Under the pieces are notes generated by a model. That model did no database searches and was not told the DNA's origin. It worked only from the letters and a program-made list of their open reading frames with translations. Of a stretch of 64,000 nucleotides of DNA, positions 40,898-49,204 are shown piece after piece. The translations under genes were made by a program, and so were the position numbers. Where the stretch lies: IMG/VR virus record IMGVR_UViG_3300023047_000002; one strand, 5' to 3'. The stretch comes from a virus. Lineage: Duplodnaviria; Caudoviricetes. The stretch's first letter is position 1. Every line of letters starts with the position of its first letter.

Positions 40898-41464
40898 TTA
40901 ACACTTTACGTAACGACCACGTACTTTTGTTTGAACATCGTTACGAAGGACCCGGCGATTCTCAAGACCCATTGCAGGAGCTTCACGGAACTCCCATCCA
41001 TAAACAGGCTCGAAATTACCACTGTCATAAACTCCAACGGCCAATGTGTCATCTTGACCAAAGTATTTAAGACCAATGCATGGAATGTACTCCAGGTCGT
41101 CACCATACAGGTCAAGAAGTTTATCCACTTCATCATTCACATGATTCTCTACTTCATCCCAAGCCTGTTTTGCATCACGTGCATTGAACGGTTTACCGTC
41201 AGAGCAAATTAAATCTAGCTTACGGGAGGTGTCCTGCACATCATTAAAGAAATCATAAGCCATATCAGCATTGTCGATGTCGATGCATTCAGCCATCAAA
41301 GCGTCCCAACCACGCGTGAAATTTTCAGACTTCACGTGCTTACGCGATTCTGAACGAACAAATCTACTACGTGCAATCTTACGTAACGAGTTCTTTTTCT
41401 CACTACGTTCACGAAACGTCAACTTTCGTGTGTTAATATTCAATTTTGTTGTCTTGCGAATCAT
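40898..41464 (-). CDS. Hypothetical protein with long basic leader and acidic body
   Basis: MIRKTTK...RSRFVRSESRKHVKSEN. Confidence 0.7.
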   Translation of the reverse strand: MIRKTTKLNINTRKLTFRERSEKKNSLRKIARSRFVRSESRKHVKSENFTRGWDALMAECIDIDNADMAYDFFNDVQDTSRKLDLICSDGKPFNARDAKQAWDEVENHVNDEVDKLLDLYGDDLEYIPCIGLKYFGQDDTLAVGVYDSGNFEPVYGWEFREAPAMGLENRRVLRNDVQTKVRGRYVKC

Positions 41465-41561
41465 AAGTAACCTACTAACAAAATGAGTAAACCACAGCTA
41501 CAAGGCCACATCTATTTAGATTGTAGTGAACAAAAACAACAATCTAAATCATACAAGAAGA

Positions 41562-41601
41562 ACTCTATCACACATACAGCAGAGAAGGTGGAACAGCACC
41601 A
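41562..41601 (-). promoter_or_regulatory. Promoter-like motif TGGTGCTG-N23-TGATAGAGT
   Basis: Conserved motif upstream of the 41464/ardA cluster. Confidence 0.7.
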
Positions 41602-41621
41602 TAATCGATAGGCAACAAATC

Positions 41622-42455
41622 ATGGACACACAATACTTTAAATGCTTATGTGAAACACAGGCGAAAACATTCAACTGGCAGCATCCGGTTCTACCTTTAG
41701 TCGGTGCAAAAGCAAAACAATGGTGGCGCGAAATACAGGCCGTAGCCTCTATCTTACCTCCAGGTTGTAAAGTGTTCGATGCGTTTACCGGGACATTCTC
41801 AGTATCCAAGATAATGCTTTACAAGAATGAAACCCTGGACATCACAGCAAACGATCTGAATGGTTCTTACAGACGAAGACTTAACGCAATCGAGCAGACA
41901 ATAGCATTATGGCATGAGGCGAAAGAAAAAATAGGAACACGAACAGACCATACCACACGCACACGGTTCACAGACGAACAGTATGAATGCTTTACAGACA
42001 TACTGTCACGTGCAGAAGATAAAGTGACTGTGACATCTTGGGGTAATCACGCACGATCTCCGAGAAATACGCTGCCGACAGTTCCACCGGACCTCAACAT
42101 GGCGAAACGATGGTTGGATGGAATAAACGTATGTGACATAGCACTTAAAAATGACGTGCAATGCGTACAGATTTCGGAGGACTTTGACTTTATCATACTC
42201 GACCCACCATACAAAGGCCATGCATATAAGGAACAGTATTCAGCAGAATACCGTCAGGAAGCTCGTGAGTGGTCAAGAGAAATCATAGGAAAGTGCAAAG
42301 GTTTCATGATTTGGGACAGGGCAGATTCAGACCTGATAAACTTGGCGATGGAAAATCAAGGAACCCTTATGCGTACATGCTCTATGGGAAGCAAAGAAGG
42401 AAACAGGGGAGAGTCGTTAGTGATTAACATAAAACAGTTCACAGAGACAAGTTGA
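41622..42455 (+). CDS. Orphan DNA adenine methyltransferase (Dam/D12-like motif order)
   Basis: VFDAFTGTFSVS (motif I), ANDLN, ILDPPY (motif IV). Confidence 0.75.
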   Translation: MDTQYFKCLCETQAKTFNWQHPVLPLVGAKAKQWWREIQAVASILPPGCKVFDAFTGTFSVSKIMLYKNETLDITANDLNGSYRRRLNAIEQTIALWHEAKEKIGTRTDHTTRTRFTDEQYECFTDILSRAEDKVTVTSWGNHARSPRNTLPTVPPDLNMAKRWLDGINVCDIALKNDVQCVQISEDFDFIILDPPYKGHAYKEQYSAEYRQEAREWSREIIGKCKGFMIWDRADSDLINLAMENQGTLMRTCSMGSKEGNRGESLVINIKQFTETS

Positions 42456-43197
42456 ACTCTGTAACCGGATAGGCAACTTCGTAATCCTCATCCAAATACG
42501 ACACATTGCACACTCGTGTTTTGGCTTCATTATTCAGCGAAGTCAGCTTATGATTACCTGTATGGATGTGTCCACACATAAGCAATTTCGCATTAGAACC
42601 ATACACGGCATCCCTCAATTCATCGGAACCCAAACGCTTACTTGGAGTACTCTGTTTCCAGTATGTATTCCCAAGACCGTTACATGATGGTGGTTGGTGC
42701 GTCAACACAACATCTGCATTGGAAGGAATATCGTAACTCGGGTGATTCGTTTCAAAAGCCCATCGCTTTACAGAACGGTTTATCTGCTTCGTTACTGGAC
42801 TACCCCAGAACGTCACACCATCAAGAGTTACGGAATCTCTATTGAGATAATGAACCTTGCACTCTTGTACGGGAATACCGACAGAGTTGAATACGGTTCT
42901 TGTTAATCCAAGTCGATACTGCGTATTACGAAAGATGTCCTTACCAAGCAAAGACTCCATGATCAGATCGTGATTCCCCGCAATGATGATGACATACTTA
43001 CACGGCAAATGACACAAATCAATAATGAAAGCATCCAACCAACTCTGCATACGAACAAAGTCACCCTGGAAGTCAAGCGGAGACCAATCGCCACAATGAC
43101 AGAAAAAGTCACAAGGAGGTACATCAAACCGGCAACCGTGCGTATCTGATGTTGCACAGAACCTCAAGGTGTCAGTATTGAGAAGGTCTTTTCGCAT
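42439..43197 (-). CDS. Calcineurin-like metallophosphoesterase
   Basis: SDTHG, HCGD, AGNHD, THQPP and GHIH motifs. Confidence 0.92.
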   Translation of the reverse strand: MRKDLLNTDTLRFCATSDTHGCRFDVPPCDFFCHCGDWSPLDFQGDFVRMQSWLDAFIIDLCHLPCKYVIIIAGNHDLIMESLLGKDIFRNTQYRLGLTRTVFNSVGIPVQECKVHYLNRDSVTLDGVTFWGSPVTKQINRSVKRWAFETNHPSYDIPSNADVVLTHQPPSCNGLGNTYWKQSTPSKRLGSDELRDAVYGSNAKLLMCGHIHTGNHKLTSLNNEAKTRVCNVSYLDEDYEVAYPVTEFNLSL

Positions 43198-43209
43198 CGG
43201 TTAAAGTCC

Positions 43210-43605
43210 TTAATCATTTATGGTAGAATAGTCAGGCATTTCCTGTCTGGACATTGCATACTGAGGATTGTTCTTGTTCCACTCACTACAACAGTCCACA
43301 TATTTAGACCATCCAGGATTAAACCCATGTGCGGCAGCTGACGAACTCAAAAATCTGATAACATCTTTAAGTTGATGTGCATTTAGAGTGGCAGTGTACT
43401 GACCATGATTGAAATACGCTGCTTGCTCAAGCTGTAAGCACCCCTGATGATTCTCATCGATGATAAAATGTAGATGTGGTATTGGACCTTCACCAGAATA
43501 CACTTTTATCGTGATTCCGCCACGAGTGGTTCCCATGTTTGCCATCTCGTTTACGGAATGTTTATACAAAGAATCTTCAAGATAGCGTCGCTTGCGTATA
43601 AGCAT
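43210..43605 (-). CDS. DUF4160-like protein with basic leader
   Basis: MLIRKRRYLE..VNEMA leader; EGPIPHLHF. Confidence 0.6.
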   Translation of the reverse strand: MLIRKRRYLEDSLYKHSVNEMANMGTTRGGITIKVYSGEGPIPHLHFIIDENHQGCLQLEQAAYFNHGQYTATLNAHQLKDVIRFLSSSAAAHGFNPGWSKYVDCCSEWNKNNPQYAMSRQEMPDYSTIND

Positions 43606-43679
43606 AGTTTATCTCCTTAAAAAGGACACTCCGTTTCAGACCTGTTAGAGGTCTTACGACTTTGCGTACACCATGCTAA

Positions 43680-44096
43680 TCAGATGTCGAATGCAACGTA
43701 GTTTTCTTTCGTGTATGGAATGTCGTTCTTAAACATGTCATAGTCGAAATACCAACGGTTGTCATTATCCCATTTCTCGTAACGGATATAGGGACAGCAA
43801 TCTTTAAAGGCTTTGCGACGAACACCCGCAAGTATCTGATTAAAACTACGCTTGTTCGCATAAGCATATTTGACATCAGAGGATTCCCAGTCATCAGAGT
43901 ACTTATCTTGGTTAATGAAGCACAGACAGCATTTTCCAGACGGAAACGGTCTGCATGAATATGCGTCCATTTTCCCATGATATTCCGACGCACAGTTAAA
44001 GGTTGCCAATGATGCAAGTGCCTTTATCTGCTTATCCGTGTACCCGTCATTTTTAAGTGTCTCGTATGTGCTTTTCTTCATAATCAGATTCGACAT
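43680..44096 (-). CDS. Hypothetical protein
   Basis: GGAGGAG RBS; downstream of the promoter motif. Confidence 0.7.
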   Translation of the reverse strand: MSNLIMKKSTYETLKNDGYTDKQIKALASLATFNCASEYHGKMDAYSCRPFPSGKCCLCFINQDKYSDDWESSDVKYAYANKRSFNQILAGVRRKAFKDCCPYIRYEKWDNDNRWYFDYDMFKNDIPYTKENYVAFDI

Positions 44097-44164
44097 TGTT
44101 CAACTCCTCCAAACAAGACCGTTAGCTTAGAGGGACCTAACCATTACCCCTCTTAACAAGAATA

Positions 44165-44204
44165 CGTATAGCACAGGTTTTGTAGAAGTGTCGAAGCAGC
44201 ACCA
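44165..44204 (-). promoter_or_regulatory. Promoter-like motif TGGTGCTG-N23-TGCTATACG
   Basis: Conserved motif and spacing. Confidence 0.7.
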
Positions 44205-44208
44205 TGAC

Positions 44209-44258
44209 ACTAAAATCAACTACCCACCAGCTAAAGCGAGTGGGTAGTTGATTTTAGT
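44209..44258. repeat. Perfect 19-bp palindrome built from IS200/IS605 right-end-like sequence
   Basis: actaaaatcaactacccac-N12-gtgggtagttgattttagt. Confidence 0.75.
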
Positions 44259-44449
44259 AAAAACAAGAAGGCGTCCGTATTATGGACACTTTATCATTTA
44301 AATCGAAACGGTTGTTCGCTTTAGACGTTTTCCAAGGAAATAACCTTTGAATCTCGGTACTTAGCCCCACAAACTGGTTTTGTCTATCTTCCTTTCGTAC
44401 CTCTTGCAATACGAACTTCTCGGTTGATTTCTTTTCATAACACACACCT

Positions 44450-46834
44450 CTAGGAAAAATGATAACGTGTAACGGCGAGTGGGAATTCTTCAATCTCGCT
44501 TACCCAAAGCACTGATTCTTTTGACAAAGTGGCCTCTGTCCAACACAAAGGAAATCCACCAATTCCGTCAAACAAACTTGCCATTGTTGTAGTATCTCCG
44601 TCTTTCTTTAAATGGTTTACAATATTATTGCACAACCATTTCCAGAAAGGCAAAGCAATTGAGTTGCCTAACGCTTTGTACTTAGGTGCGTCTGCTTCCT
44701 TGTGCTTCTTACCTTTCGTATCAACCCAATCACCAATATCGATCCATCCATTCGGATAACCCTGCAATCGTGTACACTCAAGGGGCGTTAAACGTCGAAC
44801 ACGATACTGGACAGGCTGTGCTACTGCATGAGGACCACGAGCAACCATTGACGGGATGGTTTCAGTCTCTTCAATCTTAATGTCGAACTGTGCATTCTTA
44901 CCTTGATTAAAAGCTGCACGATCTACAACAACAGGATGACGTTCAGTAGATGACTCTGTTTCGCCATACGAAACACAACACCCTGAATTACTGACCGGTT
45001 CCATAATAGCAGTACCCCCCTGGTTATTCGGTACACATCCATTCGTGGTTATCGTCCCAGACTGTTCCGTTTCGTAACACCCGCTGTTAGGATTGGAACT
45101 TTTCATACTGTTACTATTCACACCGACCAACTGATAAGCACAAGGCTCTAGAATAGTCATTGGGTCGTGCATACAATTTAACGTCTGTGAAACCTCTTCA
45201 GTGTAATGATTTGTACTCTCCGCCTGACCATTTCCAATGCAGATACACGGATAAGACGGGTCTGGGTTTCTTTCTTCTGTCGGAAGAGACAGTGCAACGT
45301 CATCGGAACTCTGTTTCACGAATACATACTCTTTTGTTGTGGTCTTCAAAGCATGAGACATTTCACTCATAACTGATACGCCGGATTCATGTGCATCACC
45401 ATTAATTGAATAAGTCTCTTCTGTAACCATCGGAACATAACCGCCACCTAAACCCATGGATTCCGGTAAAGTAGAGCACACGCCATTATTAGTAACAGTA
45501 GCATGATTCTGATTGCTTTCTAAAAGATAAGGCTCTACATTACATATATTCGGAACCTGACCTGTAGTAAGCGTTGGTGAGATTCCGTCATGACGAACAC
45601 CACAACCTGTACCTTTTATAGAAGCAATGCCGTGTGAAACAGCACTAGAGTCTAATGTGTAAGGTTCTGAAGACACAACGACATTCGTATAATCCATTAT
45701 TCTGTTGTCATGGTCTCCTGTAAGGGTTGCACTAAGTCGTCCATTTCCGTTTCCACGAGCGTCCCAGATTCTATCTGATTCTTCAGGGCTTCCAGTAGAG
45801 GTTTCGGCAGCTCCTTCCCCATGCGAGTTGCACGTGTCAAAATCCCGTTGCACGCTCTGCTGCTCAAATAATACTTCTGGGGCGGACATTCCTCCAAAAT
45901 CGCAGACAAGCGCGATTCGACGACGGCGTTGGGCGACTCCCCAATATTGTGCGTCATGTACTCTCCAAGCAATGCTCCATCTTCCCATGTCATCATAGAG
46001 GATTCCGGACTTTGGCCACTTTCCGTCTTTAGGCATAGGCACATCAGGGATTTCCGTTTCTCTTCCATCGCTGTCTTCTTCTTCAATGTTCTTTTCGCCA
46101 TCTTTCATTCCTTTGTTGAGGTTTATCTTACCCAAGAGAGCTGTATGCACACACTCATTTAAAACACACTGAAAGTCCTTTCCTTTGTTGCAGTTGAGCA
46201 ACCCAGTTACGTTCTCAAGAACCATATATCGTGGTTTCATAAAGTCCGTAGCCTGACGCATTTCTTTTATGACACGCATCTGTTCAAGGAAGAGACGTGA
46301 CTCGCTCCCTTCAAGACCCTTTCGGTTTCCGGCCACAGACAGGTTCTGACAATTGTGAACAACGATGTTTTCAGCAACATAGCTGTTATCCTCATCAACC
46401 TCAAGGTTATACACGGTACATGTTGTGTGAATATCTTTAACAGACTTCACTTCAATCCACACGAACTCATTATGACGTGAACCGTCCACGTATGCCCAAC
46501 GCATACCAAACATGTCCATTGCAGGTGTCCACAAGGTATCATTGCCATCAAGGTATTTCGAGTAAAACGGATGTCCCGCAGTGCAAATGATGTCATGCAT
46601 TCCGTCCGTAAGTTTTACAAGGGATGCTTTACGTGTTCCGGTAGATAGTACCCTTCTGTACCGTTGTCTGTGTGTATAAACAAAATCACCGACAAGGACA
46701 TCCTCGATAGGTTTTTGTCCGACGTCGGTCATTATCATCGTGCCGCCAGGGAAACATGGACTTCCTCCAATAACACAGTCCACAGCCTCAACATTCCCAC
46801 CGTTGATAAGACAAATGTCTCCGTAATTTTTCAT
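44450..46834 (-). CDS. Circularly permuted DNA (cytosine-5) methyltransferase with mini-intein
   Basis: Starts at motif III (GDI), then GGSP[intein]CQ, ENV, QRRRR, RRLTPLEC, GNS, and ends with motif I SLFDGIGG and motif II SEIE. Confidence 0.9.
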   Translation of the reverse strand: MKNYGDICLINGGNVEAVDCVIGGSPCFPGGTMIMTDVGQKPIEDVLVGDFVYTHRQRYRRVLSTGTRKASLVKLTDGMHDIICTAGHPFYSKYLDGNDTLWTPAMDMFGMRWAYVDGSRHNEFVWIEVKSVKDIHTTCTVYNLEVDEDNSYVAENIVVHNCQNLSVAGNRKGLEGSESRLFLEQMRVIKEMRQATDFMKPRYMVLENVTGLLNCNKGKDFQCVLNECVHTALLGKINLNKGMKDGEKNIEEEDSDGRETEIPDVPMPKDGKWPKSGILYDDMGRWSIAWRVHDAQYWGVAQRRRRIALVCDFGGMSAPEVLFEQQSVQRDFDTCNSHGEGAAETSTGSPEESDRIWDARGNGNGRLSATLTGDHDNRIMDYTNVVVSSEPYTLDSSAVSHGIASIKGTGCGVRHDGISPTLTTGQVPNICNVEPYLLESNQNHATVTNNGVCSTLPESMGLGGGYVPMVTEETYSINGDAHESGVSVMSEMSHALKTTTKEYVFVKQSSDDVALSLPTEERNPDPSYPCICIGNGQAESTNHYTEEVSQTLNCMHDPMTILEPCAYQLVGVNSNSMKSSNPNSGCYETEQSGTITTNGCVPNNQGGTAIMEPVSNSGCCVSYGETESSTERHPVVVDRAAFNQGKNAQFDIKIEETETIPSMVARGPHAVAQPVQYRVRRLTPLECTRLQGYPNGWIDIGDWVDTKGKKHKEADAPKYKALGNSIALPFWKWLCNNIVNHLKKDGDTTTMASLFDGIGGFPLCWTEATLSKESVLWVSEIEEFPLAVTRYHFS
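46352..46756 (-). mobile_element. 135-aa mini-intein without endonuclease
   Basis: Begins CFPGGT, block B TAGHPF, ends VYNLEV...VVHN; +1 residue is the MTase catalytic Cys. Confidence 0.92.
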
Positions 46835-46889
46835 TTTTGCCCCAAATTATTACAAGTTACGACCAAGAAGAAATATCGTAGGTTTGACG

Positions 46890-46929
46890 GGTATACCACA
46901 AGAAGTAAAATGAAACTGGTACAGCACCA
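46890..46929 (-). promoter_or_regulatory. Promoter-like motif TGGTGCTG-N23-TGGTATACC
   Basis: Directly upstream of the C5-MTase. Confidence 0.7.
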
Positions 46930-47757
46930 TCAATGTCTCCATGTCACATTGATATCCTGGTCCATACCCACGGACACTTCTGCGTACTCCCACGTGTTCG
47001 TGTACTTAACAGATTCAGGAATCACGTACCCGACAATAACATCCATAAATCCGCTTCTCAAACGGTTTATAATTGCGTAGTCCTGCTTTTTTAAAAAGGC
47101 AGTCTCTTTAAGAGCCGCTTTCACACCTGCCTGACTCATTGCAAAGACTTCAAAGTCATGGACATTATTTTCAACAGCAGGGTATTCCATACACTGTGCC
47201 AACGTGCGCTCACCATAGAGAAGCGAGTAAAAACGATAAGCCATACCTGTCGTTTTGGTAGAAGCACCGTCATCACCGTCAGCTTCATAACGTTTTCCGC
47301 GTGACAATCTACGCTGAATAATATGCTCATATCTGGTTCGTCGCCTGGAAGCACAACAAACGGACTCCGAGTACACAGGACCACTCATACGAGTCCTTAC
47401 AAACTCCAACAAGTCTTCATACGACTTGTTACCAGATGCTATAAGATAAAATATGTCCGCAAGCTCAGATGTAGAGCAATTAAGAGAGATTCCATTTAGT
47501 TGCAAAACTGATAACAAGACTAAACAACCTACACGTTTATTTCCATCAATAAACCCACGATTCTTGACGAGACCGTATCCTAGTCTTGAAGCCTTTTCTT
47601 CAGCATTTACGTAAAATTCGACCTCTCCGAAACCCTGAAATGCAGCGTTGTATGCACTTTCAACCAAACCACGGTCACGAATACCGTCATCACCGCCAGT
47701 ACTAGCAATGATGGAATCGTGGTAACGATAAACATCTTCAAGTCGGATGATCTTCAT
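46930..47757 (-). CDS. doc: Doc/Fic-family protein with His-to-Arg active-site change, fused to a C-terminal extension
   Basis: GIRDRGLVESA, EEKASRL, KNRGFIDGNKR (canonical HxFxDGNKR). Confidence 0.85.
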   Translation of the reverse strand: MKIIRLEDVYRYHDSIIASTGGDDGIRDRGLVESAYNAAFQGFGEVEFYVNAEEKASRLGYGLVKNRGFIDGNKRVGCLVLLSVLQLNGISLNCSTSELADIFYLIASGNKSYEDLLEFVRTRMSGPVYSESVCCASRRRTRYEHIIQRRLSRGKRYEADGDDGASTKTTGMAYRFYSLLYGERTLAQCMEYPAVENNVHDFEVFAMSQAGVKAALKETAFLKKQDYAIINRLRSGFMDVIVGYVIPESVKYTNTWEYAEVSVGMDQDINVTWRH

Positions 47758-47942
47758 TCAGCAAGTCTCCTAAAGGTATCAGAATATTTTTTAAGAAGAA
47801 ATGAAATTGATTCGTCGATCTCAGACTGACTCGCATAAGTTAAAATAGACTCTTTAACACGTTCGCGAGAAGCGCATTTTTCATTGCTTCGTTGTCTCAC
47901 ATACCGGCTGTAGCGGTTAGCTTTACGCTTTAGGAATGCCAT
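47754..47942 (-). CDS. Putative antitoxin peptide for Doc, with basic leader
   Basis: ATGA overlap with doc; C-terminal KKYSDTFRRLAE resembles Doc-neutralising helices. Confidence 0.6.
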   Translation of the reverse strand: MAFLKRKANRYSRYVRQRSNEKCASRERVKESILTYASQSEIDESISFLLKKYSDTFRRLAE

Positions 47943-48074
47943 ATACAAACTCCGATCCATTTTTATTCACCATTGGTAACAATGGCTACTATTAAATCAC
48001 ACCAAACAAGGTGTGGAGGGATCTCTCAGCGCAAGAAACATCTGCTTTAACAAAATGTTTCTTGCTCCTTCAAC

Positions 48075-48113
48075 ACTGTAACACAAAAACACATCGTTCC
48101 GTAAACAGCACCA
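48075..48113 (-). promoter_or_regulatory. Promoter-like motif TGGTGCTG-N22-TGTTACAGT
   Basis: Upstream of the antitoxin/doc pair; same -10-like box as 14743. Confidence 0.7.
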
Positions 48114-48127
48114 CGATTCACCGCAAG

Positions 48128-48754
48128 TCACTTCAACTCCTCGGCTAACGTCTTCTGCTGTTTAGCCAAAAGATGCTTGACCCGAGTTGCCATCTTTTTA
48201 TCTGTTTTATCAGGAACAACAGGAACATCCAAAGTGTGTTCTGCCAACTGTCCAAGACAAATAACCGTTCTGACGGGTACATAAGAGGGGCACTGGGTGA
48301 CACCTGCACTGCACATGTCCTCACACACATACAATGGAATATCGCAAAGAATCTCCTGCATATAAGATTCAGCAATCCCAGACAAGCTCTCAAGAAACAT
48401 CTCAACAGAATTTACATCTGAAATATTGTCACATGACGCAATAAAAGCATCCTCATAACACGGAACATCATCACACGAATAAAGAATGTCTGCATCAAAG
48501 ACATGAACCGTGTTCTCAAAACGGAAAACAACAGACAGTGAGAATAAAGTAAATCCAGTGTCAACCATGACAAGATCAATAACGTAAGTTAAAGGATCTT
48601 CTGAATAAAGGTAAAGATTGAGGTCAACGCTAAACGGAATCAAAGAAGGAATGCCGAGTACCGTATCACAAATGATCTGAAGCATCGGATGTTCACCAAA
48701 GTCTTGGTAATTATCTGACGCCTCACATAGTACTTTGCGTTTATGTCTTGTCAT
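48128..48754 (-). CDS. Acidic hypothetical protein with short basic leader
   Basis: MTRHKRKVLCEAS. Confidence 0.6.
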   Translation of the reverse strand: MTRHKRKVLCEASDNYQDFGEHPMLQIICDTVLGIPSLIPFSVDLNLYLYSEDPLTYVIDLVMVDTGFTLFSLSVVFRFENTVHVFDADILYSCDDVPCYEDAFIASCDNISDVNSVEMFLESLSGIAESYMQEILCDIPLYVCEDMCSAGVTQCPSYVPVRTVICLGQLAEHTLDVPVVPDKTDKKMATRVKHLLAKQQKTLAEELK

Positions 48755-48795
48755 GGATGTCACCACTGTGTAAAATTTGAGTGATAAGAAAAGAC

Positions 48796-49098
48796 TTAGT
48801 TCTGCTCACCGCTTTCTTTGTCATCGGCTTCTTCGGAAGCGTCAGGAGTAGCGGATTCGTTATCCTCAGCCTTTGGTTCGCCCTCAGACGTAGCTTCCTG
48901 CTTGTCGTCAGTCTCACCAGAATCTTCAGAAGGTTTCGCCTCTTCACTTTTACCAGGCTGTGACTTTGAAGCAATAAGTTTTTTAACCATAGCACGCAAA
49001 ACACCAAACAAGCAAAGAGCAAGAAGAGTACCAATAAGACTTGCAAAAACAGTAACAACAAAAGGATTGTTACCGGTAATGATAGTTAGATCGTTCAT
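48796..49098 (-). CDS. Small membrane protein with one TM helix and an acidic tail
   Basis: AGGAGG RBS; hydrophobic residues 13-35. Confidence 0.65.
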   Translation of the reverse strand: MNDLTIITGNNPFVVTVFASLIGTLLALCLFGVLRAMVKKLIASKSQPGKSEEAKPSEDSGETDDKQEATSEGEPKAEDNESATPDASEEADDKESGEQN

Positions 49099-49112
49099 AA
49101 TAACCTCCTAGG

Positions 49113-49150
49113 AAAAAGAAAAACCCCTTGCAAAGGGATGCAAGGGGTTT
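49113..49150 (-). terminator. Intrinsic terminator after the tail block
   Basis: aaaccccttgca/tgcaaggggttt stem with U-tract on the minus strand. Confidence 0.75.
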
Positions 49151-49204
49151 GATAAGCCAACCGTAGGTTATAATGAACGATTTACAGACACAGCACAACA
49201 CTGG

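Noticed and set aside
41505-41525. T4-type late promoter TATAAATA
   Set aside because: Only scattered TAAATA hexamers (near 24680, 35115 and 41512), with no consistent copy upstream of the protease/capsid genes.
44254-44493. 79-aa ORF after the C5-MTase as a TnpB/IscB fragment
   Set aside because: No RuvC, HNH or zinc-finger motifs; its coding status is doubtful.
48796-49098. Holin or spanin call
   Set aside because: Single TM helix only, with no adjacent endolysin or lipobox evidence.
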